A DNA stretch of 64,000 bases from Azolla caroliniana (Eukaryota > Plantae > Polypodiophyta): assembly GCA_043228905.1 (NCBI GenBank), contig JBHGNT010000004.1, forward strand, positions 22,320,001-22,384,000. The letters run 5' to 3'. Below, one piece after another: positions 13,356 to 27,200 of this stretch. A program made the position numbers and the translations under genes. Each line of letters begins with the position of its first letter. The first letter of the stretch is position 1. The notes under the pieces are model-generated. The model ran no database searches. It was not told where the DNA came from and saw only the letters and a program-made list of their open reading frames with translations.

Positions 13356-14768
13356 TGTGAAATGCACATAAGAGATCAAAACCAGTCTACTTAGCTTCTT
13401 ACTTCTTAATCAATTTATAGTTGATACAACGGAACCCATTTGGGTTGGCTTGGTTAAAAAGGGTGTGATAAAAGGGGTGGGTCAACTTGGGTACGTGCAT
13501 CCTAAAAAGGGTGAGCTAAAAGGGTGGCACAAAAAACACATGCACACCACATTTCCCCCCTGCAAGAAACAAGAGATTGAGGGGCATGAACAAGAACAAG
13601 ACAGGTACATGAACAAGAACAAGAACAAGAACAATGGCTTGTCAAAGGAGGCGGAGCATCTGATGGCAGGTTTCAAATGGAAATCCATGGATGATTCTAG
13701 TGCGAGGCGAGGGTTACGCCCATAGAGTGCTTGAAAAGGGTTGATTTATGCAGTCATATCGTGTTTGAGGGTGGTCTTGTTGAGGCGTTCGGTGAAGATG
13801 GCGTGGGGATGTAAACATCTACGGACATGTAGTTGAGTTGCAATGACGTTGAGGATATCCCCGTGGAATTGTTGGCCTTGATAGTTGGACGGGGCTAGTG
13901 ACGGAAAACGAGCTATCCATCGGCGAATAGAGATCAATCACTCATGTGGACTGAGGGCCACCTGGACTTTGTTGAGGTGGGGGACAAGAGGGCTATCGTG
14001 TCGGAGGGGGATCGAGGAAAGATCATATGGCGGCGAAGATCAATTGCTCATGTGGACTGAGGGCCACCTGGACTTGGCTAAGGTGGGGGATGGGAGGGCT
14101 ATCGTGTCAGAGGGGAATCAAGGAAAAGATCATTTGGCAAAGAGAGATCAATCACTCGTGTGGACTAAGGGCCACTTGGACTTTGCTGAGGTGGGGGACA
14201 GGAGGGCTATCGTGTAGGAGGGGGATTGGAGAAACTCATGGGACAAGAAATTAGTGCGCAACCTAAGGTGAGGGGGAAGAGTTGGTGGGGCAAGACATAA
14301 AAATGGTGTGAGAAAGTGAGTGTCTAAGGTGAAGGTGTAGTGGGCTTGCGTGCTAGAGAGGTATAGATGGCGATTGCAAAAAAAGACTTGGATGGAGGAA
14401 GCAATGGATGTTGGGAGGCCTAACTAGTGAACTAAGGCGGTGCTAATGGAAGAGATACTACTACAACAGACTAACAAGAGTGTCGATGACGGTGGCGAGG
14501 GCGATGCTACCTACGAAGCGGAAGAGGTGGATGCTTGGATGTGGGGGTTGGTACCCTGCATCTCCACCAATATGTGAAATGCACATAAGAGATCAAAACC
14601 AAGCTACTTAACTTTTTACTTCTTAATCAATTTATAGTTGATACAACAAAACCCATTTGGGTTGGCTTGGCTAAAAAGGGTGTGCTAAAAGGGTGGGTCA
14701 ACTTGGGTACGTGCATCCTAAAAAGGGTGAGCTAAAAGGGTGGCACAAAGGAACACATGTACACCACA
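13356..14768 (-). mobile_element. Small non-autonomous LTR retroelement (TRIM-like or deletion derivative) with ~196-bp LTRs
   Basis: Direct repeats 13356-13551 and 14573-14768 with TG...CA ends. Minus-strand PBS TGGTGGAGATGCAGGGT (14553-14569) is tRNA-Ala-like. PPT (GCAGGGGGGAAA on the minus strand) abuts 13551. Internal integrase remnant 'PFQALYGRNP' near 13700-13740 (-). Three ~107-bp repeats at 13931, 14037 and 14145. No perfect TSD. Confidence 0.85.
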
Positions 14769-15950
14769 ATATGTACATATCAAATGTCAATAACTACTTT
14801 GAGACACGTACCTATCACTCCACATTTAGAGTAATGGATATTGCTCTAGCAACTCACAAATGTGTGCAAGGTTTTTTTACTCTATTCTATATTGCCTTTG
14901 CTTATAGCATATGTGCAAGTTTAGGGTTTAGGGTTTATGTGTAGGCTAACTTGAAAGGTTGTCTAAAGGCAACATAGTATTGAAGGGATTGAATAGAAAC
15001 TAATGTCATTGAATGTATGATGATTATGTAGCTTAAGCCTTTACAATATGACTTTGGTTGGTTAATCTCCCAATCACTCAATGTCTATACATCAACACAC
15101 ACATTCATTCACCTCGTGTATTGCTTCATAGTGGCTACATGAACATTGACCCCCAACCCTAGTACATACCTATAATTGTCATGTGAGGACTACCATCATC
15201 CTTGCAAATAAGTATAGGAATCTATGAAGAATGACCTCATCTTTCCACCAACTAATTAAGACTAAACAACTAAACACTTTGTAGTTGCTATATGAGGGTT
15301 GGGATTTTATGTAGGGATTATCATTGACAATGGCGCTAACCTATGATCATGGGTAATGATTATAGCTCCAATTGTTGGTGTGTTAGGGAATGGTGGATAA
15401 ATTTGACTTGTTTAGCGGCAAAGATTATTGCTTGTCGGTTTGATGAGGAGATTGATTCAAACATATAAGTGAAATCAATGAAAACACAAATGCAACAACC
15501 CTACATCCATCTCCTCACATTTACAACACTTACTACTTAATTTTAAATGACCCAAATAACCAAATAGATAAGTGGATATGTAAATAGATAAGATATGATA
15601 TGAAATGTTCCACTTATTTGGATAGAATCCTTAGTACGCTATCCACTATTACCTTCATGAATTGGAAGAAGAGTTTCCAAAGAAATGTGCAATGCATGAA
15701 CCCAAAGATGCAAGAGTGGATAGAGGTCGATGAGAGAGACACTTCATTTAGAGAAAGGTGAATGCGGATAATATCTCTGAGAAAATATAAGCCCAAATGT
15801 AAAAGCATTGGGTTTATGTTATGAGCATAACCACAATTTATCTCATGGTAATTTGTATTATAGTATTATACCCACGATGATAAGAGTGTGAGGATTAATC
15901 AAGAGTGTAAAGAATGGAGTATTACTTCTAATCCTACAACCCTTAAGGGC

Positions 15951-15979
<29 letters not shown>

Positions 15980-15982
<3 letters not shown>

Positions 15983-17041
15983 TTCTTTGCAAAAATAGTT
16001 ACTTGTGTCTTCTTGGTTATTATGTTGGCTAGAAAAGGAGAGATTGGGCTCTTAAATTAATCGTTTGTTTCGTTTGGGGGTCATAGAGGTGGGAGATATA
16101 GTCGAGGCTCCATCTCAAAGAATTTTGGAGTTTGTTGAAGTGCAACAATTATTACGCATCCCGCCTAATTATGGGTTTATTTGGCAACAACTACAAAATA
16201 TTGCGTTGATGCAAGGTTCTTTACCTCTACAAACAATAGAACAACCGTGGATTGATCGGTGTTTACGGGGTCAAGCGTCATTGTTACAAGTGACTACTAA
16301 TCTTTTGTATCATTGCTCTGTTGAGTCTCTTGTATGGTTATCATCTAAGGCTGAAGAAGAATGGAAAATACACAAATGTATCATGGGTGGTGGTAGATCT
16401 TACCATGTAGTTGGCATTCTAAATTGCCACTTGTAGCAAAGGTCTTCATTTGGAGAGTTTTGATTGGAGGTTTGCCTTTGGGATTAGCTCTAAAGTGTCG
16501 TGGACCAACAACAGGTAATTGTTTTTTTTTTTTGCATTGTTCAAATGGAAGATAATACTCATCGATTTATACAATGTCCGTTTGCTTGTCAAATTTGGAG
16601 CTACATTTCTCAAATTTGGCAAGTTTTATCACGATGTTATTTGACACCTAAACAGTGGGTGTTTACACAATTTACACAGGTTGACCCAAAATTAGAGATG
16701 GAGATCGTTTTTCTATTTTTGAGATATTGGGGATTGCGTCATAATTGGAACATACGCAACACTTTTGTATTCGATGGTAGACATGGAGTGAAAGTATATC
16801 TATGAAAGTTAAAGGGAGTACTAATGTGACAATTTTCTTTATTGGAACAAGTGGAAATTCTTTTCTCAGTGGAGTGTTTGTCTTGCGTATTGGCCATTCA
16901 ACATGTTCAATTATTGGCCATTCAACATGTTCAATTACCCATGTAGTGTAGTTATGGGTAACCAACCATACTCCATTGTCACACCCATTGTAAGTAATGT
17001 TTTCTACACACATTTATTGATATAATTGTGTGTTTTCACCA
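15980..17041 (+). mobile_element. 5'-truncated, decayed L1-type LINE (zf-RVT/C-terminal region) flanked by (GA)n
   Basis: Frameshifted WRVLIGGLPLG...FFCIVQMEDNTHRFIQCPFACQIWSYI...YWGLRHNWNIRNTFVF pattern. (GA)n tracts at 15952-15978 and 17042-17064. Confidence 0.75.
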
Positions 17042-17574
17042 AGAGAGAGAGAGAGAGAGAGAGAACAATAATATGGTATTTTATTAAAATGGGGAACAAC
17101 ACTAAACTTGGGGGACATTATGAGGAAACGTTGAAGACATGAATACGGGTTGTGATAGAGAAATGTTGCAACTCTATAATGTGGCTAGGATATTGGTTTA
17201 CTTGTGAAAAGCCAAGTGTGGGTGGGATGTAGTCCAAAGTATCATCGCTTTGTTCTATATGCATATATTAAACATCCACACACACGCGCGTACACAGACA
17301 CTGACTTGCACATGTACTGGTATGTACATACATATGTATAAGTATGTGCATATACGAACACATATACAATAATGGTCTGTTTTAAGAGTAGAAGTCATGG
17401 TTGCCGATAAAAAGAGGAAAAGGCGAACGCATCAATTTCGAGTAGTTTTGAAAAACGGTAGCATGGGTTTCATCGGTAGAGAGATACATACATACATAAC
17501 ATACACATTACATACACACGCACACACATATGTACGTACGTACGTACATACATACATACATACATTATTACATA

Positions 17575-18560
17575 CATAGAACGTAATATTCGTGTTTGTG
17601 CAAGCATTCCAACGTTTGGAAACGAACACGTTTGAAATGGGAAAAATATGTACTCGTTTTCTTCTTCTTCATAACTAATCATTTATAGTTATTACAATTT
17701 ACCTCACCCTAATGGTAAGGAGTCATGCTATTGTTGTCTACATCTTGGGTTTGATTCCTAATTTTCTCATCTCTCTCTCTCTCACTCATTAGTACCATGT
17801 CATAGCAAATTTTTATATTAGTGTTATAATAGTTATTTTCTTTTATTTTTTTATTATTACAACTAAGCACAACCTATTGGTAAGTTGTTGTGCTACTATT
17901 ATTTGTGACTTGGGTTCAATTTCCAACTTTCTCATACCCTCTTGTTAGTGTCATGGCAAATTTTTATGTTAGTGTCATGTTCGTTTTTATTCTTTTTCTT
18001 TCTTTCTTTGTTATTAGAAATTAGGTCACCCTAGTGGTAGGTTGTTATGCTACTACTGCCTATGTCATGTTTTCTTCATATTCTCGAATATACGTTTTAT
18101 GAGTTTTTGATCGTTTCTTTTTTTCTTTCTTTGTTATTAGAAATTAGGTCACCCTAGTGGTAAGTTGTTATGCGACTATTGCCTATGTCATGTTTTCTTC
18201 ATATTCTTGAATATACGTTTTATGAGTTTTTGAACGTTTGATTAAAATTTATAATGACATATTTTGATTCAATCTCTATAGTTCATACTCATTTTTTTGT
18301 AAAGTTCTAAAGTGAGGATGATAGAGATGTCTTGATTCGCATCCCAAAAGTATGCATGTGATACAATGCAAATATTGCAACCATACTTATGTTGGTGGTT
18401 CACAATGGATTAGAGTCCACTTATTAGGATCGAGAGTGAATCAATATATAATATAGACCCTAGTCAATCCAATCCAACTTTGAGATGATTTACCATACAC
18501 GTTTGATTTGAATCATTCTCGAATGCGAATGTGCGTATGATACGTATGGTTCATTCTATG
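17575..18560. mobile_element. Non-autonomous hAT-like element (MITE)
   Basis: Imperfect terminal inverted repeats CATAGAA...TTCTATG and an 8-bp direct repeat ATTACATA at 17567-17574 and 18561-18568. Internal ~125-bp duplication. Related copies at 22545, 41273 and ~45745. Confidence 0.75.
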
Positions 18561-20631
18561 ATTACATACATATATTATGTACATTACATTACATACATAG
18601 GATACATACATACATATATATACAGGCACAATATACCCTGCTCCTCCACAGGCAGGGCACCGAAGGAAGAAACACGGAGGCAGCGATTCCTCTACGAGGT
18701 ACTACTCTCCCCCCTTCCTCCTCATTTTCATTCTCCCTGTCTCTGCATTCCTCAGTCTCAGGAATTGCCAATACTGGCCTTGCCCTCTTCTATCTCAGAG
18801 GTCTCGTCTCACCACATTTGGGACAACGAGAGTAAAAGTGTATAGCGTATTCGCAGATAGGAGATTATCTATGTCTAATGTTTCTCTTGACCTAATTGCT
18901 AAAAGTTTCGTTTGATAGAATGACTCTGAACATTTTACCTGCATTCTAAAAAGCATCCCTTTGGCCATTTTGTTGACAGAATGACAGTATGTCAAAGCAA
19001 CATCATTTGGGTGTCATACCCTGACTCATGAGAGAATACTCGTGTAAGAAATAAGAGAAGGGGTGTTTGAGTTGAAGGGTTCATGAGAAAATACCGTCTG
19101 TGCAGGCACTTTCCTCATCTCTATAAGAAGCCGTAATCTGTTGCTTACTTTGATGCAGATGATTTGTTGTAAAACGGTTGTAAATGTGTAAAATTTCATC
19201 TCAAATATGGATGACAGATTCCTTTTAAGAAGCCTCTAAGTATTACCATTTCTCTCATGACCCAAGTGATTGCCAATAATTTCCATTGTCAAATTTTTGT
19301 ATGCTGCAGTTAACTGATCCTATAGAAGACCCTAAAATAAATTCCAGGGTCATCACATTTACCTCTTATCTAAATGAAAATTCTCATCAAATGCGTCTGC
19401 TGTGAAGACATACAAAAGTTGAGCCTCTTTCTAATGGCTGAAATCAAGAAGCATTAAAGAAACAAAAAGTTGCTGTTCTCTATCCATCAATCCATTTATA
19501 TTTTCTCCAAAATTTATTGTGTTACATTGATGTTCCATTTTTCTAATGTTTAATGGAAAATGTAAAAGAATAATGAGAATATGTGAAAGTTAAAAATCAA
19601 TAGCACAGCATCAATCATAGAAGATTTAAATGCGATTATAGGAGATAAAAATGGAGCATGATCACTACATCGAAATTCCACACGGATGCATTATATTATA
19701 TATCTTATAAATCTAGGTTGGCTTTATGTAGATTAGTGTAAACAGGTCTCCTAATCATAACTAATCATTAAACAAACAAGATAATGAGACAAGCATTGTG
19801 ATAAATTGTATGCTCTGCCTATATGAGTAAAAAGGATCTCTTATTTAAAAGGTAAAGAGTCAAGATGCGAAGAGAGGAATTTAAAAATTTTGCTTACATT
19901 TTGTTGCAATAATATGTTGGCACCTAAAATGATGCAACTTCCTTAGCTTTGAAATGATGGCTTCAAAGCAAGAGTATGCTTTCTTTTCAATTCTCCTTTG
20001 CACCCCAGATATTGTATATTGTATAGAGTTGAAGGTTTCAACTCAGAATATTGCAGATGAGATAAACCAGGAAACTGCAACTGAAGTTCAGATTGTTAAT
20101 TTCAGATTAGAGCAGTCTAAGTATGAAGATATGAAATCTACAATGCAATTAGGAACGTGTTTAAACTAGGAAACTACGACTATGGGGAAAGTGCTCCAAC
20201 AAGACATCTGTCCAACATCTCATAGTAAAAATAGTCGCAATTCAATAGCCACGCGTTTTTATGGAACTACGAGTTTACTTTTGCTTTAGGTCTGAAATTC
20301 TCTGCACATTTGAAGTGGCTCTTTTTGTAGCACATTGATAAATTTGAATCTTTGGATGTGGACTTGGATAGTGAATGTCCATTTCCAAATGTAATGGTGT
20401 TTTCACATAGCTCAAGTATACTGTATGGAAGAGTGCACCTATTCACATATGATTGTGTGTTAGTTTCTCAGTATTAAATAGAGCTGTTACCATGCAGTTC
20501 TGACATTGTTTTTTATGACTTAGATGATGGCTGTGCATTTGTTTAGCATTTATCTTCTTTACAAAATAACCATTGCTTGCAGATAATAGCAAAGATAAAG
20601 AAAAAGCTAGGCTGTAAGCTAAATTGTATTG

Positions 20632-21811
20632 ATGGGAAATGGCTCCAGCAGGCGACGGAGAAATGAGGCTCCTATTTATGCTCCTCAGCCATGGTATGTT
20701 CTACCTCCAGTGCAACCAGCTTACCATCCTGTTCCATATCCACAGTATCCACCAGATCCTGTAGCGTCTCTTCCTAATGTTTACTGGCATGGCTATAATT
20801 CCCAAAGACATCCTGTACCAAATTCAAGCATTGGATGTCAGCCTCCATTACCACCAGCATCTAGTGGCACTGCCAATCCAACTCAGCAGACTGTCACAGT
20901 GCATAATGCAGTGAACATAAAGAAGGGAACCATTCGGTTGATCAAGGATACAGAACAGCTGGGATTTTATCTACTTTCTTTTATTTATGATGCGGAATCT
21001 TCAGGAAGGTATATGAGCTACATATCCATGAACTTAAGAGTCTTAGTATGGTTATTTATTGATGTGTGTTGCTTGCAGTTTCAATATTTTTCTTTTTGCA
21101 AAGGAGGATGAAAATGATTGTAGCATCAAGCCTCTTTATCCAAAAATTTTCACCCCAATAAGAATTCCTTTTGAAAGGGGCGTGTCTAAAGCATTTCAGC
21201 AAGCTTCAGGAACAGGCATATACTTGGATTGTTTTGTTCCCACTGATCTAGAGAACGAAGGAGAGGATCATGTTTGTCCATTGGTGATTAGAGCTCAAAC
21301 CAATGTGCCAGAATCTAAAGAAACCCCAACTAGTACTGGTGAGGTTGATATTGGTGCAGCACTTCCAAAATATGTGAATTCACAGATCACTCAAGCAGTC
21401 ATTCAGAAGAATGAAGCTGGAGATTGCAAGGTGCGAGTACTGCGGCAAATCATTTGGGTTGATGGTGTGAGATATGAATTGAAGGAGTTGTATGGTGTTG
21501 AAAATGTTGTGGATCAAAACAAACATGATGACGATGATTTCGGAAAGGAATGTGTTATCTGCATGTCAGAACCTCGAGATACTGCTGTAATGCCCTGCAG
21601 GCACATGGTAACTTGCATCATACCTTTGCTTATATATAAATAAAAATACATACATATTGTGTTTCATTGGGTTTCGTATCTGATTGATTTTGTGCATTTC
21701 TTGTAGTGCATGTGCAGTGGATGTGCGTCAGATTTCAAAAATCAAATGGATAAGTGTCCCATCTGTCGACAGCTTGTTGAATCACTTCTGAAAATTAAAG
21801 TTAAAAGCTAA
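20632..21811 (+). CDS. LOG2: LOG2/LUL-like (MGRN1-type) RING-HC E3 ubiquitin ligase, ~336 aa
   Basis: Exons 20632-21008, 21079-21607 and 21707-21811. MGN N-terminus (myristoylation-type), Pro-rich region, DAR2-like domain (TVHNAVNIKK...QIIWVDGVRYELKELYG), and RING ECVICMSEPRDTAVMPCRHM|CMCSGCA...CPICRQ. A likely non-coding first exon lies near 18600-18840. Confidence 0.9.
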
Positions 21812-22544
21812 CAGTATTGGACAGTATAATTATGCCTAGGTCAAGTTCCTTAAACCTGCCACAACCTTGAAAGTTTTATTGAATCGAAGTTTGGCAGGAC
21901 CTCTTCCTAAGGTCTCTAGTGCCAGTAGGCAATTTATGTGCAAGTGTTGGTGAACTATTCTCTCTGTAAATTCAGACCAGCTCTATTCGCTTATTTCTAA
22001 GAAAGGGCTGAATGTCTTTTCAAGATGTTGATCTGAGTTGTTTATCCCTCAACATGTATTCTTTGGAGATGAGGTTTGCAAGTTGTAGATACCTCCATAT
22101 TTGTAATTTCAAATTTTCTCATTGAGCTTTGAAATCTTGAATGAGCAACGAGAAGATTGGCATCTATTATGTCTAAGAAAAAGTATGATGCATAATGGCA
22201 CAGTAACATATGGAAACAAATGTAAGGAAATTTAAATAATTAAATAAACAACATTGTAAAATGTTGCACGTTTCTAAGGCAAGATTTTGGTAAAATGGGT
22301 GCTAATATTTTGGAATTTGTGGCTATTTTGCCTGAAATGATGTGGTAAGCTTAATACTTCAGAAGGCTTAGAGACAAGCAGACCATCATTCTTGGCCATA
22401 TGAGTGGAGTGGATGTGCAAGAAGGGATGCCTTGGTTCATAGAGGAGGAGAAATGGCCAAGTCATGCACCAATCTCAAAATGAGGGAATGAAAAACTAAT
22501 CAATCACACTACATAGTGATGCATCATAACGGAAGTCCAATAAG

Positions 22545-23213
22545 CATAGAGCGTAATAAACGTGTTCGTTTGGAAATGTTCAAAAAGCGAAAAATATGTG
22601 TTGATTTTTTTTTCTTGTTCTTCCTTATTAGAAATGAGCTCACCCTAGTTGTAAGTTGTTATGTTTCTATCAACTATGTCTTGGGGTTGAATCCCAATTT
22701 TCTCACCTTTCCTTCTCCCTCTCTTTAGTGTCATGTCATAGTAAAATTTTATGTTAGTATCATGTTTTCCTCGTATTCTTGAATATACGTTTTATGAGTT
22801 TTTGAACGTTTGATTATAGTTTATAATGACATTTTGATTCAATCTGTATAGTTCATACTCATTTTTTTGCAAAGTTCTAAAGTGAAGAAATTGATACCCT
22901 CAGTCGTTGCGAGATGAGAACATTGATCATTGCAAGATGAGCTCATCATCAATACAATTATGTCTTTGAATTATTTGATTTTTATGTTAGTGCTTTCTAA
23001 TGTTTAGTAGTTAAGTAATTCCTAAGTTTTGAACTTTCAATTGTGTTGACATTTGATTCAATCACTATATAATATAGACCATAGTCATTTTTTGAAATTC
23101 CAATATTTACTTATTTTTCCAACTTATAAATCCAATCCAACTTTGAGATGATTTACCATACACGTTTGATTGAATCATTCTCGAATGCGAATGCACGTAT
23201 GGTTCATTCTATG
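22545..23213. mobile_element. Second copy of the CATAG-ended hAT-like MITE family
   Basis: Starts CATAGAGCGTAAT, ends CGTATGGTTCATTCTATG, and shares long internal blocks with 17575-18560. TSD not intact. Confidence 0.75.
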
Positions 23214-24489
23214 CATAAAAGTATGAAGTATGGGTAGGTACGTCAAGAATAGTACATTGAAATATAATGACATGTTCCAAACAAAAGTGGTCAAAAGTGG
23301 TCGCAGAATCGAATACAATTCATGATTAGGATGAGATATCCTCAATGGATTTGATAAATACCAAACGAAGGAAGAGACATTGCCACATATGGTATTCACC
23401 AAAGAAAATTGAAGCATATGATAAATATACATTCATGTTGAAAATAAAGAATTTGTACCTAAAATTATATGTGGAGTTAAAACATTTACTCAAAATACTA
23501 TAATTACCCAAGCAAGAACATATCTACCAAAATTGAAGCAATCACCCAAAAATTACGTGAGCTTTTAGGGCTTGGAGATCAATTGAATCATTTCAACAAT
23601 TATGGCATAATATCCTACAAGTAACCAACAAAACATAAACTTTGAACAAGCAGTGCTAAAGATCAAGTTCCGCATAGATATGCCAAGTTGGACAAGAGTG
23701 GTTCATGGCAAGTTGGACGAGAGTGGTTGGCAAGCACTCTCAAGCCACAAACCTCACCTACTTTTACCTTACAAACTCTAACCTACTTCTCTCGAATGGT
23801 CTAACCTTAGGAAGAAGCTCACTACTATCTATTACAAGCTGAAGAGTTGGTTGTAAACAAGAAAAATACAAGTAGTAAGACGAATGACACTTCAATTAAT
23901 AAGATCAACACAAACATACAAGGCAAAGAGGCGTTTGGCTCAATGTTAGCCCCATTTTAATACTTATTTGTGTGGATGGTTTTGGTGATTAGGATAACAT
24001 GTTTGGAGCAACAATGATGGTATATATTATCGCTGCAATTATTGTGCTTATGTCGAGATCATCATACACAAATGCATAGGAAAGGGTTGTGATATCAAGT
24101 TTCTAGTGGCACATAGTGTGAATCTCTTATTAATCACTAGACCAAATTAACATAGAAAAGGTGAATAGATCGAATAGAGGAACCCAATCCTCTTCGCCAC
24201 CATGACAAGTCAACCTACCACGGATGTCCAATATCAATAGATATTAGGATGACTAGTACCTTGGAAGAGGTAATACGATCATCGTGACAAAAGCCTAGCC
24301 CACACCACTAGTGTCTCAAGGCTTCAACTTTCCGACATAATGTGCCTTATGAGGGTATCTAACCCTATAAGTGTGATCTTAATATAAAAAACTCTCCATT
24401 TGTTAGTTATCAAGATCATGATACTGCATGCACCTATCTTATTTTTTTACCCATAAAAATATCCTCCATTGCTATTAACATAAAGTGGC

Positions 24490-25090
24490 CAAAGGCAATA
24501 TACAAAACAATCCACTATTACAAAGAATATTGCAACATATTTAACTAGAAAACTATTGAACACTCATGTAGCTTTAGCAATCTAGCCACATTTTGCATCC
24601 ATATCAAGCAAGGAATTACCACCAACTACACTGGGTTCAAAAAAACCCCTCTTTTTACAAGTTGAATATGGAATTTTGGCCTTTAACACTGGAGTCTATG
24701 CCATTGCAAACTTGAAATCCAAAGAAACTATTATAGCATCCGGAGACACTCCCTCAAGTTGCGAATAAGCTTTCATAAGGGCCACAAAAATATGAGTTGT
24801 ACCACATATTGTTCAACATTCCTTCTATTTTGATGCAGTTTGATAGCATCATATGTCATTCCATATCTCACATAATGCCTGCTAAGGACAATGATTAGCC
24901 AACTTCTCCAAAGCATGCCTCAACCCTGCTTCCAAGGTTCACAAAAATAGGTTACATCTCTCTAACATGCATACAAAATCAGCCACCTTTAGAACTTCCT
25001 GCAATTGGAACAAAACTTTGCCGATGAATTCCAATGGTTGGTGTCAAAAAATGCATGCCGATGACATCACCATGTTGAGCCTGCTACCAA
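24490..25090 (-). pseudogene. Decayed PLS-class PPR pseudogene fragment
   Basis: Minus-strand translation gives PPR-like pieces with stops and frameshifts, e.g. EGVSPDA and VVGGNSLLDMDAKCG*IAKAT*VFNSFLVK. Confidence 0.55.
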
Positions 25091-25350
25091 AGTAATATAG
25101 ATTTTCACCGTTTTTCTCCACTCATCTACACAAAGAAAAGAGGAAATGCACCTATCTTTCCCTCTATCCAATCACATTAGTGAATATACCCTTCACTTGT
25201 GTTTTGTAAATATTAGTGACCTACATAAGATAACCTTTACATCACACATTTGAGTAGTTTTATAATTTATGTAAAATATCTTGTAAATGTAAATAAGTGC
25301 CACGTGTAGGTATTTTGTGAAGCAATGTAAATACGAATAGGGTGACAACA

Positions 25351-25625
25351 TGACGGGAACTCGACGTTCCTTATGTCCGACGCTCGGCCACAACCGAGAT
25401 TCTTTTCATACACAGAAAAACAGGTAATGAAACGCGACACAAAGGGGAGAAATGGTACACAGGAGGTTTACGTGGAAAACCCCAAAATAAGGGAAAAACC
25501 ACGGCAGCCCACAGGCTGCAAACTATCACTATGTAGGAATATACAACAGTGAGTTCACTGAGGCAACGACCTCGTGCTCTCTGATCTTCGCCACAGGCGG
25601 CGGTTACAACAGAGGCAACGACCTC

Positions 25626-25662
<37 letters not shown>

Positions 25663-26034
25663 CAGTTACGCGCTCTCGCTTCTTCTTACACCGACAAGGA
25701 AGAATAACAACCACAACAAACAACAACAACACAAGAAAGTTTGCCCTAAGTCATATTTATACTAATATGACTTTTCGGCTATTTACAAATGTAGCCTCGA
25801 TGGGCTCTCAGAAACATATTTACGAATATGTCTCTTCCTCTGGTTCATACCGGGCCTGCACCATCCGGCTCTCCGTAGTCGGGTACTCCCCATCCGGTTC
25901 ATACCGGGCCTACACCATCCGGCTCTCCGCAGTCGGGTACTCCCCATCCGGTTCATACCGTTTCGGCCTCGGTCGAGTTTGTTCATCGGCACTGTTCTTC
26001 TTCCTTCCCATCCGGAGGGACCTGTTTCCCAACA
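25351..26034 (-). mobile_element. Solo LTR (copia-like) with 5-bp TSD
   Basis: TG...CA ends, TSD CAACA at 25346-25350 and 26035-26039, GGGTTTTCCACGTAAA motif on the minus strand, two 54-bp internal repeats. Homologous to 58978-59758. Confidence 0.88.
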
Positions 26035-26559
26035 CAACATATATTGAATCAATTTTGCCATTGGAACCAGACAAGGATATAAAACAATTGCAAATACTTA
26101 GGTGCAAGCTAAAGCACGTGTGAAAACTAGGAGCACATGACTAGCCTTTGGTGCGTGACAAGTTTAACATACATGCACTAAGTGACATCAAATGCTTGGC
26201 TCTATCTCCATGGAAACCCTAATAGGGCACCTCATTATCAGGAAAAGGGAAAAGAAAAGGAAAGGCAACACAAATTTTAACTTTTCTTCCTCTAACAACT
26301 TGTTCTTGTGGAAATTCTATTGATTTTGCGCATAAAGGGCTTAATAGGTAAAAATCTTCCTCTTTCTCTCCATGCCGCACTCTGAATTACTCTAATCTTC
26401 TATATTTCTATTGTTTAACAATTTTTTTGTATTCAAACATATTTGTCTACTCTCTCATGAATCCTTTCCAAAGTTCAATTGTTGGATTCTAAAACTTCTT
26501 CTTCTTCTTTTTCCAAAAAAAAAACTCCTTCCCTTAGTTATAAATTTTTTCAAATGAGA

Positions 26560-27200
26560 CGATTATGTACAAATCCCTGAAGGGACGCGACAGTTCCATC
26601 TTATGTGGATGCCCACTGACTCAAGAAAGGGAGAGGATAACCATTGTTGGATGAAGGCTATTTGTTGTCTTTCAACTCCCTCGGAGCCGCCCTTAAGGCC
26701 ATCATATTGGCTCTTTAGAGGGGCTACAATTTCACTCTATATCTCTTGCAGTAACCTTGTTGGATGTGCGGTTTGGTTGGAGAAGACTCGCCTACATCGT
26801 TGTTTCCATAGAATCCAAAGAGTTATTGGGCTAACCAATTCCAATACCTCTTGAGATTTGTCATTAAGAGGAGTGGAGTGGACATTGCCGTTGGAGGAGA
26901 AAAATACCTCTTGTGCTTTTATCACCAAAGTCATCCCCTCCTCCTGATGCTCGTATCTGCCAATTGCGGCCTGCCATGATAGCCATGATTCTAAAACTTC
27001 TAATGGCATTGCTCGTTTATTAGCTATTATGTCAACTTGATGTGCTTCCATTGAGAGCAAATCATCGTTTCCATTGGAGTTCTATCTCCTTGTTTGAATC
27101 CGTTGTTTGCATTGGATTGTTGTATACCCTCTTGATGGTAAATAGGTGTCAAGCACTCTCGAGCTACTAACTCTTGTATACCTAAGTTTAGCGAGCTCTT
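26560..27200 (-). mobile_element. Decayed L1-type LINE C-terminal fragment
   Basis: ORF 26737-27060 (-) contains ITLWILWKQRCRRVF, the LWxIWxxRNxxxF-type motif downstream of zf-RVT. Confidence 0.6.

Noticed and set aside
13351-14773. TSD for the small LTR element
   Set aside because: Flanks TATTA and ATATG do not match.
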